Shown piece by piece: positions 18,840 through 29,260 of a DNA stretch of 64,000 nt. The notes beneath the pieces were generated by a model. That model saw nothing but the letters and a program-made list of their open reading frames with translations. It made no database searches and had not been told where the DNA came from. The first letter of the stretch is position 1; every line of letters begins with the position of its first letter. Source of the stretch: Planctomycetota bacterium (lineage in GTDB: Bacteria; Planctomycetota; UBA1135; UBA2386); assembly GCA_046290465.1 (NCBI GenBank), contig JBKAGP010000001.1, forward strand, positions 4,000,001 through 4,064,000, written 5' to 3'. The position numbers were made by a program, and so were the translations under genes.

Positions 18840-21125
18840 TCAGCCGTTGCTTTCGATGAAATACATCCGCGCCGTAGCCTGTGCCAGATCCTCGGGCGTG
18901 CCAGCGCGGTAGTCGGTGTCCGCCCCGGCGCGGTCGTAGATGTGGTAGGGCTCAAGCTCCGTGGCCGTGAGCATGATCGCCCTTTGCCGGTGGTCGCCGT
19001 TTAGCTTCTTGGCGAGTTCGACTTCCAGCTGTGTAAAGGGGGCGAGTTTAGCGAGCACGATGAACGTCTTGAACCGGTTCCGAGGCAGAGCGTCAGCGCA
19101 ACGCCGCAGGTTATCGATCGTATCTGCGTCGATCTCTCCTTGGTCTTTGCATTCTCCCAACAGCACTACCGTCTTGCGTGGCACCGACCGAGGGATAATC
19201 CAAACAAAGTCGACTTCGCACTTCGGAACGTCGCTACCCGCATCCGGGGCCAAGTCGAGAGACGTTGAGTAGACTCCATGGTCCATGAGGCGGTGAAGGT
19301 TGGCGTCAAGCTGCTGCAGCGTGAGCACCACGGGGACGGCACCTAGGGAGTTGCTTTCAACGCCCAGTGCACCGGAGCGTCGGTAATGCCACTTCTCGTC
19401 CACGAGCTGCCGCGTCGCGTTCCACTCGTGGCCGCACAGATCACACTTCGCTTGCTGCTTCAGGTCGTCGAGTGGAATCCACGGCGACATGCGGCAGGCG
19501 GGGCACGCGAGTTCGACGCCGATCCGGAAGAGACCCCGATCCACTAGATAGGTGAACACTTCGGCAGCGGTCAGTTTCGTCCCGCTCGCGCGGCTCTCGA
19601 TGTGGAGGTCCGCGTGATCGGAGAAACTCGCAGCCGGATCCTCGGGATTCCGTCCTCCGATCAACTGAAGTGCGGCAGTCTTCGTGAACGAGGCTGTTGG
19701 CCCGTGCGTCTTCAGCAAGCGTCGAACGCCGGGAATCTTCAGCACGCGTCCGCCCTGAATGCCGCCGACGCTCGCGATGATCTGCCGAGCAATGTGTCCA
19801 GCGGAGTTCGATTTCGCCTTGAGTCTCCCCATGCCGAAGACTTTCTCCATGAGGTCCACGATCGGCAGGGCACGAAGGAACGTGTCGGAGTCAGCAGCAT
19901 CGATAATGAGTCCTACGCGCTCTGGCTCGACTCGGAGCTTGTCGTAGAGGAAGTGCATCTCTCGCGCGTAGAACTCATGGAGTTCGGGGATGAACGGGGG
20001 ATTCAACGTGTGCTGCTCGTCTCCGAAGATCCCACCGAAGAAGGAGACGGACGCCACCAAGTGCTGGCGATGGAACCAGTTGTCTCCGCAGAACGGCTTG
20101 TCGCTCAAGGCGAACGAGACCTTGGGCCTGCCCGCCTCGCGCCCGATTACTCCAAGAGCTGAGGCTACGCCGAGCTGCATCATGGGCGGACGGACATTAC
20201 GTCCATTCCACAGGTCGACCGAAACTGGGCACGCAAGAAGGTCTTCTCTATCGAATCGTCTCCGCGCCTCGTGAACGTCCATCCGGGACCAAACCGCGAT
20301 ACGCCTCTCGAAATCGTGTCGACGTGACACCATCTCCCGTAGTCGCGTCTCCCACGCTGGGACCAGATGGGTGTAGCGGGCGAAGTGCTCCGGATCGACG
20401 AACCAGAGAGGAATGTCTGCAGCTCGCAGATTCCAGAAAGACACAAGGTCGACGAGATTCGTCGCATCGCCGACGTAGAACCCGGGTGCGTCCCACCCCC
20501 GTTGAACGCTGTGGTGCGTCGTGACTCCGTGCCTGGAGAAGTGCGCAATCGTGGGGTGTTCCAGGATGCTTGTCGGAATGGGCTCCATGGTGATGTCGGC
20601 GTTGGTGGCGCCGACGCTCTCACGGAGAAAACCCGAGTAGTCGGTGTGGGATTCGTCCAACGTCGGATACTCCCCAAGCAGCATCAAGAAGGGGTCTGCC
20701 AACGGGTCGTCTTGACCCCACGAGTAGGTCCGAACCCCTTTGTCTTTGAGAGCTGTGAGCTCGGGTGTTCCATGGAACGCGGCGAGCATGTTGTGGATGT
20801 CGAGCGCCTGACAGTTCGTCGCCCCTCCTTGACCATCGATGTATAGACCGTCGTGGAAGAAGGGATTGATGATGTGCTTGAACCGCGCGGGAAACGTGCG
20901 GACTGCTTCTGACTCGCCCAGCGGCACGATGAGATCAACGCGAAACAACTCGATGAGTCGTGTTGCTTCCACGTCATGGTCGACGATCACGATGCAGTTG
21001 AACCGTCCGCCCCATAGCGCGTGAGACAACCGCACCGCTCGCCGAAAGGCATCGACGTCGCCGTCGCGGATCGCCCAGGCAATACGCAGGGGGCGGTAGC
21101 AGATATCGACTCGAACAGTGTTCAC
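18840..21125 (-). CDS. Large protein with Zn ribbon and C-terminal PD-(D/E)XK-like nuclease domain
   Basis: CPAC...CDLC; EVDFVWII...VLLGECKD; N-terminal RPLRIAW...LWGGRFN. Confidence 0.7.
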   Translation of the reverse strand: MNTVRVDICYRPLRIAWAIRDGDVDAFRRAVRLSHALWGGRFNCIVIVDHDVEATRLIELFRVDLIVPLGESEAVRTFPARFKHIINPFFHDGLYIDGQGGATNCQALDIHNMLAAFHGTPELTALKDKGVRTYSWGQDDPLADPFLMLLGEYPTLDESHTDYSGFLRESVGATNADITMEPIPTSILEHPTIAHFSRHGVTTHHSVQRGWDAPGFYVGDATNLVDLVSFWNLRAADIPLWFVDPEHFARYTHLVPAWETRLREMVSRRHDFERRIAVWSRMDVHEARRRFDREDLLACPVSVDLWNGRNVRPPMMQLGVASALGVIGREAGRPKVSFALSDKPFCGDNWFHRQHLVASVSFFGGIFGDEQHTLNPPFIPELHEFYAREMHFLYDKLRVEPERVGLIIDAADSDTFLRALPIVDLMEKVFGMGRLKAKSNSAGHIARQIIASVGGIQGGRVLKIPGVRRLLKTHGPTASFTKTAALQLIGGRNPEDPAASFSDHADLHIESRASGTKLTAAEVFTYLVDRGLFRIGVELACPACRMSPWIPLDDLKQQAKCDLCGHEWNATRQLVDEKWHYRRSGALGVESNSLGAVPVVLTLQQLDANLHRLMDHGVYSTSLDLAPDAGSDVPKCEVDFVWIIPRSVPRKTVVLLGECKDQGEIDADTIDNLRRCADALPRNRFKTFIVLAKLAPFTQLEVELAKKLNGDHRQRAIMLTATELEPYHIYDRAGADTDYRAGTPEDLAQATARMYFIESNG

Positions 21126-21452
21126 TCAACTCTCGCTTCGCGAGTGCGTTGCAAGCTGGCTACGTGCACTCAATTGCCTCCAGCTAGCCCCGCCCGATCA
21201 GTTCGTCCGATTCTCGACTCCGCGCGAATCGCCATGCGGGCGAGGGCTGATCGACGGACAGGTCCTGGAGTGCCCGAGCAAGTTTCGCGATGAGGGTCGA
21301 GACATGCGCGTGGCTCCGAGAGGAGTTGAAAACCGATCATGTGGTGCACATTCTGTGGCTCTCACGCGCTTCGGGCAAGCTCAGGCCGGGGTCGCGAGCT
21401 TCCTCATCGCGCCGAGTCGGTGCCTTGATCGAGCAACTCGCGCGGCCATTCG

Positions 21453-24400
21453 ATGAACGATTCCTTGCAGAGAGTTGCCGCCGAGCTGCGGGCGTCCGAT
21501 GCAGTCGTTCTTGTGGGCGCGGGTGCGTCAATCGCGGCTGGCTACCCGCTGACGATTCAGCTTCGGCCCCATCTGTGGAATGCGATCGAGGCTGATCCAC
21601 GGCTCCTGGAGCGCCTAGCGGTAGAGCTTGGTCGGGATGCCGAGAGTGCGAAGCAACTCGTTGGCGATGATCCAGAAGCCTGTCGTGTGGCCTACGAGGC
21701 TGTGACGCGAAGCCCGGGTGCCAGGAAGGCCTTCCAGCAGTCCTTCCGAGAACTCGACATAGGTCGCGTGCACGCGTTCTCACCGACGCATGACGCTGTA
21801 GCCGAACTGCTGCACCGGCGCATGGTGGAGACAGTTGTGTCGATGAACTGGGACAGCCTTTTGGAGGCGTCCTTCGCTCGTCGCTATGGCCGCTTGCTGC
21901 GAGCTGATGGCACATGGTTGCACAAGCCGCACGGAGATGTTGCAGAACCCGACTCGCCATGGGTCCTGCCGCATGATCCAGGCGCGATCCCGGACGCTCT
22001 TGTTGAGCAGATGGCTGCACTCGCCCGTGCTAGGCCGAGGATCTTGATCATCGTCGGATACTCGGAGAGCGACGAAGCCGTTGTGGACAGGCTGATCTCG
22101 CCCCTCTCGTCGAAGTGGCGGGTAGCGCGAATTGGGCCGAGCGCAGCAGGTGAACTCGCAGTGCGAAGACCCGCGGACGAAGCCATGTCTGCGATTCGAG
22201 ATCTTGCGACTGGTGGGACGGATGAACTCCCGGGGTGGGAGTATGTGACCTACCAAAAACAGAATGATCTTGGGCACGCTCTTGCCGGTCGCGCCCTCGG
22301 GGCTGGCGACGTTCAGGCTTGCCCTCGCTTGCCAGAGGTTGATTCGGTAGTGCGGGACCTGCGGACGGCACACGCCGCGACCGTTCTTGGTGACCCAGGG
22401 AGTGGCAAGTCGGCAACAGCACACCAAGCAGCCTTTGAGTTGCTGAGCGAAGGGGTCGAGGTCGTGCGCCTGCGAGAACGCGACCGCGCGACCGACGAGC
22501 TGGTCGCAGGGCTTCAGGGGCTCCGAACGCCTACGGTGGTGATGCTCGATGACGCACAGAACCTCCGGTCTGATTTTGTTCGGCGCGTTCGGGACCTCGC
22601 CAGCAGTGATGTGCGAGTCCTTGTTGTTTCCAACTCGACCACCACTGGCGCACTTGGCGAGATTCGCATCCTTGGCAAGCAGGCCGTGCGGTGCATCGCA
22701 GAATCCCTGCGCGAGCGGGCCGACGAAACGCTCTCGGTTGTCAGCAAGTTTCGTGACGAGTTCGATCGAGCATGGCTTGAGGCTCGGTTTGATCTCCTGC
22801 TCGACGAGGCGGCTAGGGCAGACTATCCATGGCAGTTCAGCTTCATCTTGACTTCGGGTGAACGTCGGGCTGGCAGCCAGATCAGAGAAGCTCGTCGCGT
22901 TGAACGTGCGGACCTTCTTCTCTTGCTCGTCGCTGCGCGTCAGCTGGTCACTCGCGATGCGGGTGCTACAGAGAAAGACCTCGACCAGTTGGCCAATACC
23001 ATGGGGAGGGACTCCGTCTGGGCAGCTCGTGTTCTCGGCGAACTGAGCGCGAGGCGGCTTTTGGTTATCAGTGATGGAGTGATCCGCTGCTCACATCAGA
23101 GGCACGCGGACAAGATCCTGCAGCTGGTCTGTTCGGACCGCAAGGACCCGGAGTGGCCGAATATCGTCAACGCGCTTCGAGAGGTAGTGCTTCTGCGTCA
23201 ACCCGAACTGGCCGGTGTGGCGGTGCTGCTTCGTGGGCTGTGGTTCGCTGAGGGATTTCGGTGGTCGCGTGAGGGCACCATCGTGACAGACGCGGTCTGG
23301 ACTACTCTGACGACTCGATGCCTGAAAGCAGAATCTGATGCAGAGCGCGGTGGCGCCGGCTACCTGCTCGAAGCCCTCAAGGGTTACCACCCAGCGTTGA
23401 GCGATTGGATCGCCGGCAACTCACGAAGGCTCGCCAGCTGGATCTCAAGGGCAAGCCCCGAGTCAGCCAATGGACTGGCAACTCTGTTGAACAGCTTGCA
23501 CGATTCACCCAGCCTGAGTGCATTGGTGTCCCAAGTGGATGGCCCGGCCGTTGCAAATGCGGTGGTTGCGTCGGCCACTAGAGACAGACGCGCGTGGGGT
23601 AGTCTCTTGGGCCGATTGGCGCTGGGGCGCGACGCGGCGTTGCCTCTTGGAGCAGCCCTGCGGGATCGGCGTGAGCCGTTGATCGCGTCTGCTGCTGGAG
23701 CCGGCGCGGATGATGCGCCTTATCACGCGAGCTTGGCGAATGGCATCGCGAGCTTGGAACCCGACGTGTCGCTGGAGCTCATCGAGAACATCGGGGATGC
23801 GATTGGCGAACGGATCAACCAGGATTTCTCGAGCGCCTACGATGAGTTCCACCACACGTTCTGGTTTGTTCTCGGGCTCGCCCCCAAGGACTTTCGTTTC
23901 AAAGAGCCAACGACACAGCAGAAGCGCGTCGCCCGCAGAGTCTTCCGGAGTGTGGAGTCGGCGCGGGTTGCACAGAGCATCTCATGCAGTCCTCGGTGGG
24001 CCCTTGCGTCTTGTGCTCGGCTACTTGCCGTGGTTGCGAAAGCAAACCGGCATCTCGGTGAGCAGATCGCACTGAGGATCGACCTACGACAGATCGACGA
24101 GAGAATCCGGGACCTTTGGGCTGACCCGCCGGACGACCTCCTGGAGTTCATCGGTGTTCTCGGCAGATTGGGCTCCGTCGAGAGCTTCGAGCCCGCGAGG
24201 AGTTGGATCGCGAGACACGAGGGAGACCTGCAGTCGATACCTGCGCGGTTGGTTGTGATGGCGCCAGAAACGGCGGTCGCTGCGTGTCGGCGTGGCGCGG
24301 TTGTCGACTTGAAGCTGTCCGGCGTGCTCGGTTGGGGTTTGCCTGCTGTCGCAATCTACGAGATCGCCAAACGTGATGTGTTGCAGGCTAAGCGGGCGGT

Positions 24401-24704
24401 CACAGAGCATGTCGATGCCATGGCATCCGAACTGATGATCCGACAACCGAATCAGTGCGAGCATCTGCACTACTTCGTCGCGATCGTGCAGGAGACTGCC
24501 CCCGACGCTCTCATGGATGCTTTTGCGAAGATGGACCCACCGAGCGTTGCCGAGGCTTGGCAGTCGAGACTCCGGGGGAAAGCCGTCGAGCGACGCGCAG
24601 CAGCCGTGTTGGTTAGGGCCGCCCTCGACTCGCCAAACCTCGCGTCGGTCGCCAAGGACCTGCGGCACCGTTTCCCTAAAGCGTCATGTCCGGCTGAGGA
24701 GTAG
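21453..24704 (+). CDS. SIR2-like NADase plus STAND-type NTPase plus helical C-terminal region (Avs/DSR-like defence protein)
   Basis: VLVGAGASIAAGYP, SMNWDSLLE, HKPHGD, IIVGYSESD; Walker A GDPGSGKS; Walker B VVMLDDAQ; long Ala/Leu-rich helical C-terminus. Confidence 0.85.
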   Translation: MNDSLQRVAAELRASDAVVLVGAGASIAAGYPLTIQLRPHLWNAIEADPRLLERLAVELGRDAESAKQLVGDDPEACRVAYEAVTRSPGARKAFQQSFRELDIGRVHAFSPTHDAVAELLHRRMVETVVSMNWDSLLEASFARRYGRLLRADGTWLHKPHGDVAEPDSPWVLPHDPGAIPDALVEQMAALARARPRILIIVGYSESDEAVVDRLISPLSSKWRVARIGPSAAGELAVRRPADEAMSAIRDLATGGTDELPGWEYVTYQKQNDLGHALAGRALGAGDVQACPRLPEVDSVVRDLRTAHAATVLGDPGSGKSATAHQAAFELLSEGVEVVRLRERDRATDELVAGLQGLRTPTVVMLDDAQNLRSDFVRRVRDLASSDVRVLVVSNSTTTGALGEIRILGKQAVRCIAESLRERADETLSVVSKFRDEFDRAWLEARFDLLLDEAARADYPWQFSFILTSGERRAGSQIREARRVERADLLLLLVAARQLVTRDAGATEKDLDQLANTMGRDSVWAARVLGELSARRLLVISDGVIRCSHQRHADKILQLVCSDRKDPEWPNIVNALREVVLLRQPELAGVAVLLRGLWFAEGFRWSREGTIVTDAVWTTLTTRCLKAESDAERGGAGYLLEALKGYHPALSDWIAGNSRRLASWISRASPESANGLATLLNSLHDSPSLSALVSQVDGPAVANAVVASATRDRRAWGSLLGRLALGRDAALPLGAALRDRREPLIASAAGAGADDAPYHASLANGIASLEPDVSLELIENIGDAIGERINQDFSSAYDEFHHTFWFVLGLAPKDFRFKEPTTQQKRVARRVFRSVESARVAQSISCSPRWALASCARLLAVVAKANRHLGEQIALRIDLRQIDERIRDLWADPPDDLLEFIGVLGRLGSVESFEPARSWIARHEGDLQSIPARLVVMAPETAVAACRRGAVVDLKLSGVLGWGLPAVAIYEIAKRDVLQAKRAVTEHVDAMASELMIRQPNQCEHLHYFVAIVQETAPDALMDAFAKMDPPSVAEAWQSRLRGKAVERRAAAVLVRAALDSPNLASVAKDLRHRFPKASCPAEE

Positions 24705-24833
24705 TCGCCAGCTACCCGTCGCGGAATCTCGTAACGAGACACTTTCATTGGAGGCGGCTCAAACGGTCCGACAGCGGAGCCGATGGCTTATGCAAATGGC
24801 AGTTTGCGTCACTGATCAGAGGTAGGCTTCGAC

Positions 24834-25802
24834 ATGTCGGACCTCGTCAGCACAAACCTCGACTTGTCGGCCGAACTGGTTCTGGACCGCGGCGTGCCCG
24901 TCGACCGCGAACCGGCGGCCGTCTACCTTGCCAGTCTCGCACCCAGCAGCCGACGCACCCAAGGGCAGGCGTTGAACGCGATCGCCGGGATTCTGACCGG
25001 GGTAGAGGAGTCGCGTGTGGTCGCGTGGCACCGCTTGCGCTACCAGCACACTCAGGCTCTGCGCTCGCGCCTCGCCGAGTCCTACCGGCCAGCAACCGCC
25101 AACCGGATGCTGAGCGCCTTGCGCGGTGTCTTGCGTGAAGCATGGAGACTCGGACACATCGCCGCCGAGGACTTCCACCGCGCCGTCGACTTGAAGCCAG
25201 TTCGAGGGGCGACGCTACCGGCAGGGCGAACGCTCACGAGCGGCGAGATCCACGCGCTTTTCGGTGCATGCTGTGACGATCGAGGCCCCGCCGGAGTTCG
25301 CGACGCTGCGATCCTCGGAGTGCTGTTCGGGGCAGGGCTGCGGCGACAAGAAGTCGTCCTACTCGACGTTGGCGACTTCGACGCGGACTGTGGTGAGCTA
25401 CGGATTCAGGGCAAGGGTAGCAAGGAGCGCGAGGCGTTTGCCACGAACGGCATCCTCGAAGCTCTGCGAGATTGGATCGCTATCCGCGGCGTCGATGCCG
25501 GCCCGCTGTTCGTGCCAATCTCGAAATCCGGAAAGCTCGGCTCGGGACGGCTGTCGGCGCAGGCCATCTACAACCTGCTGAGGACGCGTTCGACGCAGGC
25601 TGGCGTCAAGCGGCTTTCGCCTCACGACCTGCGTCGCACCTTCGCCACGATGTTGCTCGAAGCGGGCGCCGACGTTGCGGTCGTAGCGGGGCTCATGGGG
25701 CACGCGTCGATCGAAACTACCCGGCGCTACGACCGAAGAGACTCGAAGGCTCGGAAGCGCGCCGTCGACATGCTGCACGTCCCCTACCGGCGTGCGAGCT
25801 GA
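24834..25802 (+). CDS. XerC/Cre-like tyrosine recombinase (resolvase type)
   Basis: PATANRMLSALRG; RDAAIL..LFGAGLRRQE; GKGSKER; SPHDLRRT; MGHASIETTRRY. Confidence 0.95.
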   Translation: MSDLVSTNLDLSAELVLDRGVPVDREPAAVYLASLAPSSRRTQGQALNAIAGILTGVEESRVVAWHRLRYQHTQALRSRLAESYRPATANRMLSALRGVLREAWRLGHIAAEDFHRAVDLKPVRGATLPAGRTLTSGEIHALFGACCDDRGPAGVRDAAILGVLFGAGLRRQEVVLLDVGDFDADCGELRIQGKGSKEREAFATNGILEALRDWIAIRGVDAGPLFVPISKSGKLGSGRLSAQAIYNLLRTRSTQAGVKRLSPHDLRRTFATMLLEAGADVAVVAGLMGHASIETTRRYDRRDSKARKRAVDMLHVPYRRAS

Positions 25803-25927
25803 CCTGAGTTTGGGCGCCGTGCCCCCGTCAAGTGCCAAGCACATGCTCTTCGGCCGTCGGTGGTGGCCATCGCGAAGTTGCTCATTCACCTTGATCGCCA
25901 CGTCGACCTCCATGTGGGTCGTCGTTG

Positions 25928-27076
25928 TCAGGAAGTCGGATCACGACGCTCTCCGAATCGCCTGCTGATCTTCTTCACGAGACTCGCCACCTCCGGACTA
26001 CCTTCGACCAGTCGAGACCTGCTGACGGTCTCCGGAGCGGAGGGCACGACAGTCACCTTGTCGTGGCTCGGGTCACCGGGAATCCCGAGATTGAAGGCGG
26101 ACTGGCCCGGACGCGCCGCACCGATGGTTCTTGTCCCCATGCGCGACAGGCTGAGCTGCATCCGGCCGGCGGTGCATCGTCGATCGGGATCGATCACATC
26201 AAGCATCTCTCCGAGGAATGCGAACACTCGGCTGAGCGTTGCAGCAAGCTCCTCGGGCGGGAGGAAGAACATGTGGGCCATCATGCTTGCGCCGTCGCGC
26301 TCGCGTTCTTGCTCGACTTCGACACCGATCGCGAGTGAGCCGTTCGTGCCGACCCATGCTCTCAGCTCTGGCGGCTCTCCGTTGATGCCATGAATCAGTA
26401 GACCGTGCTCCTCCGTTGAAGCAGAGGGGCGCCGGTTCAGTAGTCGCGATGGGCCGGCGACGAGCCTGTCGCCAACGATCTCCGGTAGGCGCTCGAACAC
26501 GAGATCGTCATCGAGAAACAGGCGTTGGTTCGGTGACCACGAGACGGCAAGCCAAGGCCCGCTCGTGGACATGTAGCCTCTTTCGATGCCGGGTGTGACT
26601 CGGACGAGATTCTGCTGAACTAGGGAGTCGACCTCGCTCGTTTCCGGTTGCGAACTCCAGGCCCGGAGAGCCTTGACGATGTCTCGTTGCAGCGCTGCCG
26701 GGGTCATGCACGTCCGGTAGAAGTGTCCCCCCTGCCAGTCGCCGACTCGCTTCAAGAACGCGGCTTGCTCGTCGTCGAGTTGCTCAGCAGTGCGAAACAC
26801 AAAGACCTCTTTCCGCAGTCGGACGGCCTCGTCGAACTCCTCCTCGGTCGCCGACTTCCCGCTTTGCAGCGGTGTGCCGTAGCTAGGGCCAATGAGAAGC
26901 AAGAAGCCGTCGGTCGACCCGACGCCTCGAAGGCACGCGCCGCGCGGCGAAGCCGGGTCCGACTGGAAGTCTTCCGCCTTCGTGACACGGATGTCGAGGG
27001 AATCGCACGCGGCGACTGCGGCTTCTCGCATGGACTCCATGCCGCTCATCACCGAGCTGAGGAACACGGAAGGCAT
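25928..27076 (-). CDS. DUF4062-domain protein
   Basis: MPSVFLSSVMSGMESMREAA...CLRGVGSTDGFLLLIGPSYG...SATEEEFDEA..LRKEVFVF. Confidence 0.9.
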   Translation of the reverse strand: MPSVFLSSVMSGMESMREAAVAACDSLDIRVTKAEDFQSDPASPRGACLRGVGSTDGFLLLIGPSYGTPLQSGKSATEEEFDEAVRLRKEVFVFRTAEQLDDEQAAFLKRVGDWQGGHFYRTCMTPAALQRDIVKALRAWSSQPETSEVDSLVQQNLVRVTPGIERGYMSTSGPWLAVSWSPNQRLFLDDDLVFERLPEIVGDRLVAGPSRLLNRRPSASTEEHGLLIHGINGEPPELRAWVGTNGSLAIGVEVEQERERDGASMMAHMFFLPPEELAATLSRVFAFLGEMLDVIDPDRRCTAGRMQLSLSRMGTRTIGAARPGQSAFNLGIPGDPSHDKVTVVPSAPETVSRSRLVEGSPEVASLVKKISRRFGERRDPTS

Positions 27077-27563
27077 CAGTCTTGTCCTTGCCCCTGAATG
27101 GTCTGGACTGCTCCCAAGTCGCGAAGCCGATGTCCGGTTGTTGGTCGCTCGTCTTGTTCGACCCGCAGGCGGTGGTGACGGAGCCCCCCACGTCGGGGCA
27201 GGCTTCGGTTTGGGCGGAGGAAAGTGAAGCGCCGGGGGAACTTCGGGAAAAGGGGAAGAAGGAGAGTCAAGTTTCACGTCCGTCGCGGACAACCCGGCGC
27301 AGGTTGTTCGGTCAAGGCGCCTCATCAGATGAGGGCGTGGCGTCCGGGAGCGCGACTCCTGCGATCCCGTTCGCACGCTCCAATCGTGCGCCTTGTCTGG
27401 ACGGTGTCAAGGCGCGGCCTTGCTGGTTCAGTGCCAGTTCGTCCCCGGCCCCAGAAGTGAATGCGTCGATGTGCGCTTCGGCCGTGAAGCAACCAACGTT
27501 CGCCATCGTCACTGAGGCGGGCTTGGATGACCTTGGTGGTCCCGGCGAGGTGGGACATCTTCA

Positions 27564-27586
27564 GCCAGTGACCCGGGGTCACTGGC
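27564..27586. repeat. 23-bp palindrome GCCAGTGACCC-G-GGGTCACTGGC (copy 1)
   Basis: Perfect 11-bp arms around a 1-nt centre. Confidence 0.95.
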
Positions 27587-27651
27587 GTTCTTGCCTTCAG
27601 GTGCGGGCCGGTCGGCTGGGAGTCTGCCGCGCGAGCATCAGCCCTACTCAG

Positions 27652-28860
27652 CTATCGGTTCCACTCGCGTTCGACGACCTGTCTCCGCTGGTTGCGAACG
27701 CGATTCTCCATCTCTTCGCGGAGGCGCTGAGCGAACGGCTCTTGCGTCTCTCCTTGCGCTAGGCGGAACGTCTCGAACGGGCCGTCGTCGACCCACACGC
27801 GGGCGGTGATGACGCTGGGCGTGCGCCTCATCCTGAACTGACCGTCCGCGGCCAGTCGCTTCACGTCGACCAGGGTGCCCTGGAGGTCGCGTAGCTCGAC
27901 CATGGCGACCCCCTCCCGCAACACAACGGAGAAGACGTTGTGTTGGTAGCCAACGAACATGACGCTCGGCCTCGGCCCATGCGAAGGCGCACCGTCGCTG
28001 CGCCTAGCTCCTTCGCCCTCGGACGCCACCATCCGTGTTGTGCTCTCAGATGGTGGTTCTACGCTCGCATCTTGAGTTGCTGACGCGTGGATTCCGAGGA
28101 GGATGACGGCGCCAGCAACGCCGTTCACTCGAAGGAGCGATAGCTCCACCTCTGCGCGACCGAACGTGTGGCTGAGGCTGGCCTTGCTGGAGACAGCAAG
28201 CTCCGCCTGACTCTCGACCAGCCAGCGAGCGACCGCTTCCGGGTCAACTTGCCCCTTGCTTGCGATCGTCACGAGGCGACACGCAGTTCCCATCGCGGCG
28301 AGCTGCTTGTCTTTGGCGCTGTCGGGGAAGACCAAGCCGGCTCGAACCTCGTCGAGGGAGCCGTCGGACGTCACGTCGACGAAGCGAACCCAGCTCTTCT
28401 CGACTGCGACTGAGTCAGCTCCTGCGGTCCACAGCCAGTGCGTGTCGCGCTCGCGGCGCTCCTCTCGAATGCCCTCCCTGGCAAGGAAGGGCAGTCCTGA
28501 TGTGAACTCGTCCAATGACGCGGCCATCGTGAGCAGAGACCCGGATGACTCCGAGTGCGCGACGGTCGCGTGCTTTGGGGAGCTAGTCGGTGTCGGGGAT
28601 GCCGTGCTGCCAGTTCCCGGCGATCCAGCTGCGATGGGTTGAGCGGCGGGTCCGCTCCCGTGCATCTGGGCACCTTCGCGGGCTTCGATCTCGGCCAACT
28701 GGCGATCCGTCTCGGACTCGAACGGGAGAGCGACCAGGGCGGCACTGCCAACAGCGACCACAACCGGAACGGCAAGCCAGCCGCGCCGTCCGCTCGGCCC
28801 CTCCTGGGTAGTAGGCGATCGGTGCCGGCGGCTGGATGGGTGCATCGGAGTGCTGGTCAT
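27652..28860 (-). CDS. Hypothetical membrane-anchored protein
   Basis: 402-aa ORF with TM segment WLAVPVVVAVGSAALVAL and a Ser/Pro/Thr linker. Confidence 0.6.
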   Translation of the reverse strand: MTSTPMHPSSRRHRSPTTQEGPSGRRGWLAVPVVVAVGSAALVALPFESETDRQLAEIEAREGAQMHGSGPAAQPIAAGSPGTGSTASPTPTSSPKHATVAHSESSGSLLTMAASLDEFTSGLPFLAREGIREERRERDTHWLWTAGADSVAVEKSWVRFVDVTSDGSLDEVRAGLVFPDSAKDKQLAAMGTACRLVTIASKGQVDPEAVARWLVESQAELAVSSKASLSHTFGRAEVELSLLRVNGVAGAVILLGIHASATQDASVEPPSESTTRMVASEGEGARRSDGAPSHGPRPSVMFVGYQHNVFSVVLREGVAMVELRDLQGTLVDVKRLAADGQFRMRRTPSVITARVWVDDGPFETFRLAQGETQEPFAQRLREEMENRVRNQRRQVVEREWNR

Positions 28861-28994
28861 GGGCCTAGGCGATTCATCGTGAGTGCGTTGGTCAGCAGCG
28901 TGATCGGCCCCACCCCAGCGGGTCTTTAGTCAGAAACTGTCTAAGCGCGTCGCGAGCCCAGACTCGCCATCCGACCGAGACCACCGGATCGGAC

Positions 28995-29237
28995 ATGGGC
29001 TCACGAGAAGCACTCCACGACCGCGAGTATCGACGATTCGTCAAGCGCCTTCGCGAGGCGCGCGAGTCGGCGGGGCTCACCCAGCAAGCCGTCGCGAAGG
29101 CGATGGGCCGAAGCCAGCGGTTCGTGTCGCGATGCGAGACGGGAGAGCGGCGAGTGGACGTGATCGAGTTCCGCGACTTCCTCCGAGTCTACGGTCTGCG
29201 GCCGAGTGATCTCGTGACCGGGTTTCCATCCGAATGA
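28995..29237 (+). CDS. XRE-family HTH regulator
   Basis: RLREARESAGLTQQAVAKAMGRSQRFVSRCETGERRVDVIE. Confidence 0.9.
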   Translation: MGSREALHDREYRRFVKRLREARESAGLTQQAVAKAMGRSQRFVSRCETGERRVDVIEFRDFLRVYGLRPSDLVTGFPSE

Positions 29238-29260
29238 CACGTTGTGTCTTCGCTCTGCGC

